From Marsupella aquatica (lineage: Eukaryota > Plantae > Marchantiophyta): DNA of 64,000 bases. The stretch covers positions 15,368,699 through 15,432,698 of the forward strand of contig OZ316894.1 of assembly GCA_973895155.1 (NCBI GenBank). The letters are read 5' to 3'. The notes under the pieces were generated by a model. It was not told the origin of the DNA. It saw only the letters and a list, made by a program, of their open reading frames with translations, and ran no database searches. Positions 11,656 to 23,693 of the stretch are shown piece by piece (positions within the stretch are counted from its first letter, which is position 1; every line of letters starts with the position of its first letter). The position numbers and the translations under genes were made by a program.

Positions 11656-12279
11656 GTGGATCAGTACACTTGTAGGGTTGATGGTAGATGGGGCCCTTGT
11701 ACCTTCACAGGGAAGTGTGTTCCTATCATAAAGGATTGGAATCCGGAGTGCCTTGGTTTGCCATGTGATATAACCTATGGTGAGGAGATAGAAGTTTGGG
11801 GAAGACGTTGGGTTGTCAAGAGTTCAACCCTAGGGGAGAGGCATGGGTATGGGATTTTCTCTTGTCAGGACATTATTGTGGATGATATGGGTGGAAAAGG
11901 GCGCTCTTCAGATGGACCAACGTTGTTCCCGTATGGTGGACCCATTTACAAGAGGAGACATTGGAACATGATCCTTGTTCAACACCCTGAGTGGAAGACT
12001 TATGCATTGGACATGGATACTTTTGATGGTTGCACCAGAAAGTATTGTGACCAGCGTATAATTGATGGTGATCCCATCCGTAGTGGGAATATTGCCGGTT
12101 TCATCAACAGTACTGTGGGGACCCGGCCTAAGCGTAGGAAAAACTGTGAATGGGTTTTTGTTGATGGTCCCCCTCCAGCCCCTTATGGGCAGAGATATCA
12201 TCATGACCATTGTCTAGTTGTAGCTAATAGGACCATTCTGGCTGGAGAGGAGTTGTTTACACATTATGAATGGGATTAG
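11656..12279 (+). CDS. SET domain (lysine methyltransferase fold)
   Basis: Motifs HGYGIFSCQDI, PYGG, GNIAGFINST (cf. RFINHS) and RTILAGEELFTHY (cf. RDIxxGEELxxDY) in the canonical order. Confidence 0.85.
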   Translation: MDQYTCRVDGRWGPCTFTGKCVPIIKDWNPECLGLPCDITYGEEIEVWGRRWVVKSSTLGERHGYGIFSCQDIIVDDMGGKGRSSDGPTLFPYGGPIYKRRHWNMILVQHPEWKTYALDMDTFDGCTRKYCDQRIIDGDPIRSGNIAGFINSTVGTRPKRRKNCEWVFVDGPPPAPYGQRYHHDHCLVVANRTILAGEELFTHYEWD

Positions 12280-12429
12280 GATTACTTTAGGGACATGTAT
12301 TATACGTTCATCGTATGTGAACGTATGTTTTGTAATGACATGTTCTTTTTATATTGTTAATAATATGTTTCGAGCACTACTATATTTGGCGTTAATTTCA
12401 TTGTGAATACTTTATTGTATTGTCTATAG

Positions 12430-15400
12430 AATGTGCGGCCTAGTCAAGATATGTTGCCAAGGAGGTTGAGAGCTACATATCAAGAAATGGGCTTGCCACA
12501 AGACGGGGAAACATCATCAGCAGATTCCTCATCAAGTGACAATGATAATGACAGTCCAGATGAAGGGGCACCTCGGACAGATTATGAGGTCATGCAAGAC
12601 CAAGAGTCAGCCATGGATGACTTCATGACAGATTGGTTTGGTGTAGACATTGGTGGTGAAGGAGGTGTCCCACCCAATGAAGGAGACCCTCCACCAAATG
12701 TTGCACATGATCCAAGGCCTCAACGTACACCTGAAGGACAAAAACAATGGGAAAAAGCTGAGGCACATGCTAGAACACCTATTTATGGGGGTGCTCGTTT
12801 GAATAGACTATCTGCCATCTTGGCATTGATGAATCTTCAGGCAAAACACAAGGCAAGCAATGCGCTACTATCGGATTTGTTTGCAATTTGCCATGATCTC
12901 TTGTTACCTAGTGAAAATGTGTTGCCAGGAACTTGGAAGGAGGCAAAGAGGGTTCTATCATCCATTGGCATGGAATACCATATCATTCATGCTTGTGTGA
13001 ATGACTGCATTCTCTATCATGAGACCAATGCCAGCGCAACTGAGTGTCCAATTTGTCAAGAGCCTCGATATGAAACCAACATGTTGACCTCAAAGGTGCC
13101 TAGAAAAGCTGTTCGTTGGTTTCCTATTATTCCTCGATTGTTGCACATGTACCGATGTTCTGACTTGGCAGAATTGATGGTATGGCATAAGACACATCGA
13201 TCAGAGGCCGGTGTCATGCGGTTGCCAGTTGATTCCCCTGCTCACAAGCATGTGGAGTCACAATGGCCAGAATTTGCACGTGACCCTCGTCATGTGAGGT
13301 TGGGGTTGGCATCAGATGGGGTAAGCCCACACTCCCTTGGAGGGAAAGGGCGCCCTACTTCGGTTTGGCCGGTGGTTGTTATGAATTACAACCTTCCCCC
13401 ATGGTTGTCCATGAAAAAGGGATTCTTATTGCTATCATTGATTATCCCAGGTCCATCTAAGGTAAAAAACATAGACACCTACTTGGCGCTCTTGGTTGGG
13501 GAACTCCATAAATTATGGGGGGGTGTATGGGCATATGATGGTCGGACAACTACAGGAGGGTTACCACGTGTCTTCCAATTGAAGGGAATCATTATGTGGA
13601 CCATGCATGACTATCCAGGTGAGTGGTATGGATTTGTATTTTTTTCATGTATTGGAGATCAAGTTTGTTTGGAAGGAAGTCCCTCTTTAATTCTATGTAC
13701 ATGAACTTTTCAATTCCTTTGACTCTAATTGAGAATGTTATTTTGTGAGCAGGGTTTGGGTTTGTTTCTGGGTTCCAAACTCAAGGGTACAAGGCATGCT
13801 CCACTTGTGGTCCAAGCCTTCACGATATGGCCAAGTACTCAAAATGGCTGCACAAGATAATCTACCTTGGTCATACCAAGTTTCTTCCACTTGGGCATCA
13901 CATGAGGTCTGACCCCCTTTTGTTTTCAGACTTTGACATGATCAATGGTGATGAGCGTGAGATACCTGACCGCACAACATTTTCGTATTGGAAATCCATA
14001 GCTGATAGGGTGGCAGACCCTGAAGATGCCATGGGATTTGATGGTAGTGGATTGACAAGGTGGGGTATACTGGCCACTTTGCCCTATTGGCCTGAGTTGA
14101 AGATTCATCACTTGTTAGACCCCATGCATATAGAGGGAAATGTTGGGAAGGCTTTGATCAAGCACTTTTATGGGGAAAAGAACATTAATTTTAGGGAGGC
14201 ATGCCAGGATCTAGAACGACATCCAGATGTATGGATAACAGTTGATGAATCCACAGGGATGGAACATTGTCCTTCAGCTCCATGGGTTTTGAGTGTTGGT
14301 GAAAGAAGAGAGTTTTGACAATGCATAGGGCAGATGCGGTTTCCTACAGGCTATGGTGCCAATCTACGTAAGGCTTTTGGGATGGAGGACAGTCATAAAT
14401 GGCCAATGTATCTCAAGACACATGACTATCATTGTTTACTACAACATATACTTCCTGTGGCAATCATAGGTTTGGGGAGTGAAGAAGTGCAAGACGCCCT
14501 TTGGTCACTGGGCACTTTGTTGAGATGGATATGCTCAAAGGAAATATATGAAGAAGAGATACCACGGATGGAGGTATTGGCAGCAGAGGTGGTATGCAAG
14601 TTGGAGAAGGCCCTCCCTCCTTCCTTCTTTGATTGTCAGGTGCATCTTCTCGTTCATCTTGTGAGGGAGGTTGCCATTGCCGGTCCGGTGCATTGTAGGT
14701 GGATGTATTGGCTGGAAAGGTATATGGCCGTGTTAAAGGCTTATGTACGGAACCGTGCACGAGTGGAGGGGAGCATGGCAACTGGATACTTGGCAGCTGA
14801 GAGTATGTTTTATTGTAGTAACATCTTAGCTACCATTGATCCTAGTTTTCCATGCACTTGGATGGAAGAGAGGGAAGTGGAGGAGGACCGTTTAACAGGT
14901 GCAAAAAAAACACGCTTACTAACCGCAGTGGAGTTGACACAGGTTAGTACTTTCATGTTGAGTAACAGCAATGTGATGGAAGATTGGAGAGAGTTTTATG
15001 GGGATGCAAAGAGGGAGAGTCGTCGCCCAAGGATCTTTCCAAAGTTCCTTGAGTATATGAAGGAGAAAGTACTTCAGTTGGATGCTATGGTGGCCCAAGG
15101 TGAGAATGTATCACATTTTCCAGATATGACTCCTGAGGTTCGAACAATTGTTCATGGTCCTTTAAGACTTGTTCAAACCAGAACAGCAATGTGGACACAA
15201 GGGAGGCATTTCAGGATTTCTGACCTTGATGAGAAGAGGGGAAGAACTTTTGATTGTGGAGTTCAAGGGCAGTTCATGCAAGATTCACAAAGTAGCTGTC
15301 ATGACACTAATGTGATCAGAGATGTGGTGCCTCACTATGGGAAGATTGAGGAGATCTTGATCATATCCTATGATGCCGATTCCAAATTTGAAGAGTATGT

Positions 15401-15682
15401 CTTCAAGTGTAAGTGGTTCAAAATTCACCTGGTTGGTGATAATCGCACGGTACTTCTTGATGAGTGTGGGTTTACTTGACTGAAGACATCAACAACTAGC
15501 TTTCAACCATCTCATTGGCAAACATCTGAACCATTTACATTCCCAAGTCACCTTGAGCAGTGTTTCTAGACCTAGAGTGGTCAGTTGTTATACCGTATGT
15601 GCCACGGTCCCGTTCCATTATCTCGGAAAAACCTGACGTTATTATTGTGTCAAATGGAGGCGAGGATGAGGACCAGGTTTGA
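12430..15682 (+). pseudogene. CACTA Tnp2/TnpD transposase with an intron at 13619-13752 and several lesions
   Basis: IHACVNDCILY, RHVRLGLASDG, YNLPPW, HDYPG|FG...GYKAC, LDPMHIEGN, LKTHDYH, FFDCQVHL, RWMYWLER; stops at 14318 and 15479. Confidence 0.93.
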
Positions 15683-16059
15683 TGCACTAGTAGTAAAACT
15701 TGTTGTGGGCCTAGAATTTGACCCTAAACTAACTATCATGGTTTTATTTATATTAACATATTACTTTTCTTCTTTTGTTTTACAAACACTTAATTGGACT
15801 TTGAAATTTCATCTCACTATTATATATGCAACCTTAGCCGTTTCCAAAGCTATCCTCATGCATGCCACCTTTTTGAAAACCCTAGCTGTAACCTAAACAC
15901 ATGCATTCTCCATCTTGTAAAGAAACTCTCTCAAACATTTCCATTCTACAAAATTTTCAAACAACTCTCTTTGCAAAACATTTTCAAGCTTGTCAAGAAG
16001 CAACTTCTGAACACTTTGTGAATAACACACCATCGGTAATTGTGATGCCAATGTGTTCT

Positions 16060-16437
16060 CAACTTTGCGAATCAACTGGATTCGGTAACTTGCGACTATT
16101 TATGCTTCACAATATTGTGCGAAGCTAATAGGTTCACAATATATATTTGAGTACATTATTATCGCTAAATTATGAAACAAAAGAGATCCAAATGCAGTCG
16201 CGATGGTCGCGGATCCACAAATACTTTGCGAGACGAATAGTATCTGAAAGAGTTGCGAATTCAATCCGATCTCAAACAAATTGTGAGGTATTTAGCTTCG
16301 CAACACCATGTTGCGAACCTGTGAGCATGGTTTATTGTGATGCGTGTTTGATCACAAAATATCTGAAGTCGATGACATCGCAAGACCATCCCGGCGTAAA
16401 AAAAAAGCTTCATAAAAGGGGCCAATATGTAGTAGTG
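16060..16437 (-). repeat. Right subterminal repeats and terminal CACTA motif of CACTA-1
   Basis: TTGCGA/TCGCAA repeats ending in GTAGTAGTG; expected 3-bp TSD TAT at 16438-16440. Confidence 0.8.
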
Positions 16438-18238
16438 TATGTTGAGTCAATCATGCTTACCACATGAGTTTTGGGCTGAAGCTGTCAATACTACAGCTTA
16501 TTTGGTAAATTTTTCTCCATCCAGTTCTATTGGATTCAAGACGCCATTTGAAATAAGGTACGGGCGTCCAACAGATTACTCACATTTGAGGATTTTTGGA
16601 TGTGATGCTTATGTGCTTACACCTTCTTAGCTTCGATCCAAGCTGGAGTCTAAGTCAAAGAAGTGCATTTTCCTTGGCTATCAAAAAGGTGTGAACGGTT
16701 GTAGGTTATGGGATCCAGTAACCTATAAGCTAATTGTCAGTAGAGATGTGTTCTTTAATGAATCCAGATCATCAAAGAAGGGGGAGAGTTCTCAGGACTC
16801 CCATACTGACAAGGGGAAATCTCCCATCCCAGACCGGGTTGAGGGGGAGATTAGTCATGATGATGTTCATGACAAGAGATATGGAGAAGCTCCGGGCTTG
16901 GAGCTGGTTCCTGTGATGGAACAAGAGGAGCAAAATGTTGTTGGGGTACCTCAAATTTAGCCAGCAGCAGCAGATCAGCCTGAATCATCTACTAGAAGAA
17001 CTTCCAGTTGTTCTACTAGAGCTCCTACCAGGTATGGTCAATGGGCAGACTCATCTAAGCTAGATGATATTGACATTGCACCTGATGATGATGATATGGC
17101 TTTGATCTTGGAAGAAGAAGAGCCTTCTTCGTATAGTGAGGCTTGTGTTTCAGAGGAGAAGCATGAGTGGAATGCAGCAATGGAGAGGGAGTTGCAATCT
17201 TTTAGTGATACAAGACATGGGAGCTGGTGGAGCTTCCAAGAGGTCAGCAAGTGGTGGACAACAAGTGGATTTACAAGTTGAAGGAAGTCCTTCAGAGTGG
17301 AGACAAGATCTTCAAGGCAAGGCTTGTTGCCAAGGGATTCACTCGGGAGAAAGGAGTGGATTACAATGAAGTCTTTTCACCGATGGCTAAGTATTCCACA
17401 ATTCGGATCTTGTGTCAGCTTGTTGTGTTTTTTGGTCTGGTGATGGATCAAATGAATGTTGTTACTACTTTTCTCTATGGCAACTTGGAAGAGATGATCT
17501 TCATGAGACAACCAGTAGGCTTTATGAAGAAGGGCCAAGAGAACTTAGTTTGCAGATTGCTCAAGTCCTTGTATGGATTGAAGCAATCTCCCAGACAGTG
17601 GAACAAGCGGTTTGATGATTTCATGCTTGCTCAAGGTTTTACAAGGATGGTGTATAATCCTTGTGTGTATACAAAATCAGTCAAGAATGATGTGTTTGGT
17701 TTCATCATTCTGGTTATCTATGTGGATGACATGCTGATTGTGGCTAAAGATCAATCTGAGGTTGACAAACTCAAGGCGAAATTGAGTTCTAAATTTAGGA
17801 TGAAGGATCTTGGTAAGGCCAATAGGATCTTAGGGATGGAGATTTTTAGGAACTCTGATACTGGACAGTTGTGCTTGAATCAAGGCAAGTATGCGAGGAA
17901 GGTACCTGCACGATTCAACATGGAAAACTATAAGCCAGTGAGTATTCCTTTAGCTTCACATTTCAAGTTATCATCTTTCTCTCCTACTGATGCTGTGGAG
18001 AAATGTCTGATGGCTAAGATTCCTTATGAGAAGGCCATAGGCAGTCTGATGTATTTGATGACTTGTACTAGGCCTGACTTGGCCCTAGTGATGGGCAAGG
18101 TTAGCAGATTCATGTCAAATCCAGGGAAGGTGCATTGGGAATTTGTGAAATGGATTCTCAAGTATCTGAAGGGAACACAGGACTACGGATTACTATTTGA
18201 TGCCAGAACAGATAGAACGTTAGTTGGCTATGTAGATT
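16438..18238 (+). mobile_element. Degenerate Copia pol fragment (integrase C-term to RT), outermost host of the nest
   Basis: FWAEAVNTTAYLVN, KARLVAKGF, SLYGLKQSPRQW, YVDDML, LVGYVD; stops and frameshifts; close relative of the Copia at 44268-50871. Confidence 0.9.
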
Positions 18239-19387
18239 TGTCACACGATTGACATGGGTCTTAACACCAAAAACGTCACTATGGGTGCCAAAAGCATCTC
18301 CTTGTACCTGAGGATCACGAAGGGATGTTGTGAAGGCCGGTAAACACCAGTTTATGCCTTTAACACCAGACTATCATAGCAAGACTCCGTCACACATCAC
18401 CCAAACTCAATCCCTAAGAACCAAAGTTGGGAATCAGATCCTGTGCTCATGATAGTTCTGGTGAGAAGGGGTCTTCATATCAGGCCCGTACACACAGGGC
18501 CTAGCGCTACGGTGAGCATATGTCTATACGAATGCTTACTGTCATAGGTATATTTCTATTCCGCCGCCGGAATGTACCCATAAACCAGTGACTCCTGACT
18601 GATTCCCAGCTTAGGGACTTCTAAGCCATTGCCCCACCACTTTGCCATTCCACTCTCAGCAATCAGAGCTCTGATAGCCCTCACCCAACCTACTTCAATG
18701 CACCCGGTACACCTCTCAGTGGCGCTGCTAGTCCCATCATACACTCAGATTGCCTCACACACACACACACATCCATGAGAGGAAAACTCAATTAGATTCA
18801 AAGATGTGCACAATAGTTCACAGAGAACACTTGATCAGAACAATAGGCCTAAAGGCTGTCTACTCCAGATTGCGACGTGCTTGCCCTGCAAGCCCCGTGC
18901 TTGCCATGCAAGCTCAATCCTGAACATGAGCCCGGCTCACTCCAGATTGCGACGGAAAATTAGACTCGAACCAATCCCGTACTTGCCTTGCAAACTCAAT
19001 CCTGAACTCAACCTCCTTCACTGCACTTCATTTTGGGTGGCACATACAAATCTCACACCTCCATTTCTGAATGTCAAGTTACGCATGCACAGTTGACTCG
19101 ACTTCAAAGCTGGTACCAGGCCTAACGGCGATCTATCCCAGACTGCAATGAGGCCCGGCCTCACGCTTGCCCTGCAAGCTCCGCTCTGGCCATAGATCCA
19201 GACAAAGGCCAGGAGTCCCCATGGATCACGTAGCCTTGCCAGACTGAACTGTAAATGCTCCTTCTGCTGCCCCTCAATCAGTGTCTCAGGCTCCCTAATG
19301 TGCCCACCGCAAATTGAATTGAAATCTTCCCCACAGTTTACAATCATCAAGGCTCTGTATCGGGGGAAAAGAACCCAGTTGTGTTGC
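18239..19387. mobile_element. Probable LTR of another retrotransposon inserted in the Copia RNase H
   Basis: Copia frame breaks right after GYVD at TGTCACAC; (CA)n and short internal repeats; shares a hairpin motif with the Gypsy LTRs. Partner LTR not in window. Confidence 0.55.
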
Positions 19388-22300
19388 CACTAGAAGAAAC
19401 CCACCCATTCTGAGACCCTCCCCTACATGACTTGTGCGAGACCTTCTTCAATAAGCGACTCCAAGGTTGTTGGTTTCATATTAGTCACACCTTGTTGACT
19501 GAGTTTTGTTCAAGTTTTGGGTAGTCATGTTTACAACTATTTGGGAAGTTGCAAATATAACACACTTAAGGCAATTAGGTTATAGTTATACAAGTGACTC
19601 TACATTAGAGATATTGGACGTGCCAACAGGTGTGGTTTTCACCAATTTCAGCATCACATATATATGCAAGCTAGCTAGCTAGGGCATGCGTGCAAGTTAT
19701 TTAGGCTTATTTCCATGCCCTATAATTGGGCATGTTTTCCCCCTCCACACATTGTTCCATCGAGGTACCTTTAAAGGTATCAAATAACCAAGGTTGAATT
19801 GAATGTATTCCTTCCCGCCAACCACCATATTGTGCGAAGGATTCCGACAGTTCATGCAACTGAAACCCTGCATTAAGTGACTCCGGTGCAACATTAGAGT
19901 AGACTGAATCATCATGATATGCATGCCACAAGTTAGGTGTGGCAACATAACAAAAATAATCCCAACTATTTCAGGGTTTAGTCAGTGTGCGTCTGCCACT
20001 AAGTGTCCGTTCGGGGTTTAGTTAGTGTGCACAAGACCTTCCTAGCAAAGCGCGGGTTTTTGTGAAGCAAACCCTCGGGTTCATTGTAAACAGCAAAAAT
20101 CCTCGACCCACAAGGGAGACAATCGCGATCTTTTTTCTCACCAAATGCGGGAGTGTTGAAGGTTTAGGGTGAACATTGAGGGAGTCAGCAGCGGAGAGCT
20201 CATTGCGATAGTGGCAGGGTTGAAGGTCATCGGTCGATTGTTCAGCAGCGCTTGGTATTTGTGGAGGTCTCACAAAGTTTAGGGTGTGATCTTGAAGGCC
20301 GACTGTGTAGCTAGAGGTGGATCATCGTAGCTGCAACGCCAACCCGGCCCTTTGTTTGCATTGCGTGATTGATGTCGCAAGGACTCCTTGGTTTTGGCAG
20401 CCAGTTTAGTTACAAGCTGCAAAAGGGTTCTCAGCGTCCTCTCCTCTTGCTTTTGTTGGTCATTGGGTGATGTGAGTGAGGTGGGGGACCTCTTTGGCGT
20501 CCTTATGTTTGTGCTCCCATTGCCCCGGCCATTGCTTGACGACTTGCACTTTAGGGCGTTGCGAGCGAGGGCCAGACGACTTCCAGTCCAGGCGGAGACA
20601 ACTGGTGGATTTTGGTTTGAGCATTGCACAAAGGATTTTTCCTGAGAGTGTGGGATAGTCTCGGGAGCGCGGCCCATCCTAGAGCATCCTGTCAGTTCAA
20701 GGTAAGTTTTCAATGTAAATGACTGCTTCCGTCGCCATGCCCTTTCAATTTCTTAAGTCAGACAGCGGGAACCAAGAGGTTTGTGTTGTTGAAAGAACGG
20801 GAGCGGGCTCCAAGCCTGAGACATTGGAGTTTCTAGTTTGGCCTTTGAGTGACTTGCAGTGAGCTTCTACTGTGGCTTTTGAGGTTGACTGATCGAGCTG
20901 CATTGATTGAGCTGAACTGAACTACTACATTCAGTTAATACTCACTGATCAACCTACTGAGCTGCGGTTGGGAGTTGGAGGTTGTGTTGCGCTCATCTTT
21001 GGAGGCGGGAGGTGAAATGCCATAGCTCTATTCAGCTGATGCAGACGTTGTTGCTCAGGAGACGAGGTAAAATGTACAACCTTGAAGCTATTGTGAGGCT
21101 CATTGAAGAGGGAGGTGGAATGCCTAGCGCTGTCGGGTGAGGAAGCAAAGTATGGCAATGCTGCCACTTAGGGGATGACTGTTATTGGACCCGGATTTTG
21201 GTTTTTGGTTGCGCTTTTGGAAGCAGAGTTCGGACCTTCCTGTTGCCTGAAGTGTAGACACTCCTAGCCTTGTCGTCCCAAACTGTGAAAGGCTTCTCCC
21301 TGTTCTGTCCTCCTGCTTTCACTATTTGTATACAGGTCTTTTGATTAGTTTCAGAGGGGAGGTCATTGTTTCCGCAAGCTCTTGGTGAGCTAATCAACCA
21401 TGGTGTGTAGGTTTAGGGAGTTGCGCTTGGGAGCTGACGACTTGGAGTTGAGGCATCAATCTTTTAGGGAGCTTGCAGTGGAAGCCGTGCCATCTCGGAG
21501 CGAGACTTCCAGTTGCTGTTACTAGCTACATTGGACAAAGGCCTTCATTGAGCTGAAACTTGGGAGCTTAGTGTGGGCCAATGCAAGCTCTGTACAAGGC
21601 AGGAGTTGTTGCACAAAGGTGAGAGTCAGTAGCTTTTTGGATTGACCATCTTTCATCATTGTCGTGCGCTGGTCTCGTCTATCGCTACGGTGGATTGTTG
21701 CTCTGCCTTTTTGCCATGGGTTGCCAGCCTGCCACATGCTATTGGCAGTTTAAGAACTTCTATTTGTGTTGTTGAAAGAACAGGGTGGGTTCTCACTTTT
21801 CAATCCTGTCAACTACTTTCCGTCTTTCAGCCTTGTTTCAATAGAGCTATATGTTCCATTAATCAAATCCAAAAATCTCCAGTATTACTTTCGTTTTGCC
21901 GTGATCCTTATTCAGCACCCATCGCTCTCTGTTTGTTCCTCCCTTGTGCACTTCGATTCTCACATGAGATTTTTAATCCTCTGGAACCTGTGACGCCTCC
22001 CACTTGTCAATTGTTTCTTTTCTTCATTTATTGTCAACAATGCATCCTTCAGCCACCTGGCGCCACCAATTCTTTTTGTCTCGAGCACTCATTCATTGAG
22101 AACCGAGATTCAGTTAAAGGTAACTCCAACTCCTCAACTTCTCATAAGGCAGTTCACTATTCTTTCCCCACTTCAGCCGTTAAACTTTGTCGCTCCTCGA
22201 CCTCATTTTCCCAATATTCAATTTCCTCCTCCGTAGTGCCAACATCTAATCTCCTTTCACTGCCATCACTCATTGTTTCTTGTCATGCCCGAGTCCATCT

Positions 22301-22599
22301 TCCGCACATCTCTGTTTAGCCTCGAGCACAACACAAATAATTGCCTATTTTTATTTTTGCCCTCATCAACAAAAATGAAAACCCACACCGTCAATCTCTG
22401 CTGCCAATTCTGTACCCTGCCATTCCACTTCTCTGAACCCAAATGTCTCTATATTCCTCTCAACAGCAGAGTAAAAACCCTCAATCTTGTCTCTCCCTGC
22501 TACAACATCGCGCACAGCTTTTTTCATAGATTTCTCTATCAGAATTCCTTTGTTGCTGCAATGCACCTTACCATTCTTCACTACTAGCCATCCTCGAAT

Positions 22600-22680
22600 C
22601 GTCTTCTGCTTTCGCGATGGAGGTTGAATCTTGCGGTACGTCAAGGGGAACTTGATCTTCGAATCATGGAACTGCTTGAT
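22600..22680 (-). pseudogene. RPL18a: 60S ribosomal protein L18a (eL20) C-terminal fragment
   Basis: Translates IKQFHDSKIKFPLTYRKIQPPSRKQKT, matching the eL20 C-terminus. Confidence 0.85.
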
Positions 22681-22941
22681 ATAGTGAGTTAAGGCATTTG
22701 GTAACTTTCCTTAAATCCATTTTAATTTTATAAATTTTGAGCCACAGAAGCCCCGCAGCAAGGGGAACAATCAGAAATAAGAAGCATCAGCAAAGGGGAC
22801 ACCAATATTCCAAGCAGCCAGCAGTGCAAGTGTCTCAAGTCCCAGAGTGCATCCAGGGGCAGCCCAACAAAATATCCAATTACCCTTGATGGACAAAACC
22901 CTCATCATCTACAAAACATCCACCTCAAACAAGCTCTACTT

Positions 22942-23693
22942 CTAGCCTGAAGTGATCCAGATATCCCTCCGGTTAATCCATAGCACCCTTTCCCTATTTA
23001 CCATCTCCTTGGCCCTAAGTAGCCTCGTTCTTCTATTACAAGCCGGTAAGGTGAGTATCACAGCAGAGACATGGTCCGCCACTTCAGAGAGCATAAAGCG
23101 CAGGTCCAGCTTCCTGGTTCCCTCTGTCTTGAACATGTGCTCGTTCCTGCCATTCCACAGCGTCCAGAGGATCTGGTATAACATAAACAATTTTGCTACT
23201 TTACATGGGTTCCTTCCGATAGCAGAGTCAAGCATCCCAATCAGGCCTCCAAAGCGATCCGCAGATGCACCATCAAAACAACCCGCACATAAAGCCCAGC
23301 ATTTCTGTGCATGTGCACAGTCAATGAAGAGGTGGGGAATGGTTTCTAGAATCCCAGGACACAGCTTGCACTCACCAGTTCCTTTACCTATCTTTATCGC
23401 CCTCACTCCAGTATACAGACCAGATGCAATTATCCTCCACAGAAAAGTCTTAGCCCTCATAGTCAACCCAGATCTCCATATACCAGTCCATCCTACATTC
23501 CACTCTCCCGCTGTCTTAGAGATCCCCCAAGTTCTGTTCAGACTGGGGATGTCGCTGCACTCAGTCCTGATCATCCTATAAGCTCTCCTATTCTGGATTC
23601 CAAAGCTCTTCAGTGGATCCGGACTGTCTGCCCAGCACCAGCATCGAGGACCAGGCTCGTAACCCCAAACACACTGTCTGATGCTCACAAGTG
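22942..23693 (-). pseudogene. L1 ORF2 C-terminus (zf-RVT)
   Basis: KTFLWR...CKLCPGILETIPHLFIDC...WTLWNGRN. Confidence 0.9.

Larger units (their letters stand above)
5668..12279 (+). pseudogene. SET-domain exon of CACTA-1, split by the Copia insertion (5668-5842 + 11639-12279)
   Basis: Acceptor CTATAG|GTA at 5667/5668; removing the Copia plus one TSD restores ...TRGKKKSK|RQPRGEVDQYTC in frame. Confidence 0.75.
2379..16437 (+). mobile_element. CACTA (En/Spm) element CACTA-1; left end outside window
   Basis: Tnp2/TnpD transposase at 12430-15682; right end ...ATGTAGTAGTG (reverse complement CACTACTAC) at 16437, followed directly by Copia integrase sequence; subterminal TTGCGA/TCGCAA motifs. Confidence 0.85.

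Noticed and set aside
22579-22587. CACTACTAG as a CACTA terminus
   Set aside because: No subterminal repeats or partner TIR; 19388 is a much better terminus.
19697-22587. Short ORFs in the left arm of CACTA-2 (e.g. 20279-20713, 21642-22319)
   Set aside because: No recognisable domains, mostly non-ATG starts; cannot be supported as genes without searches.
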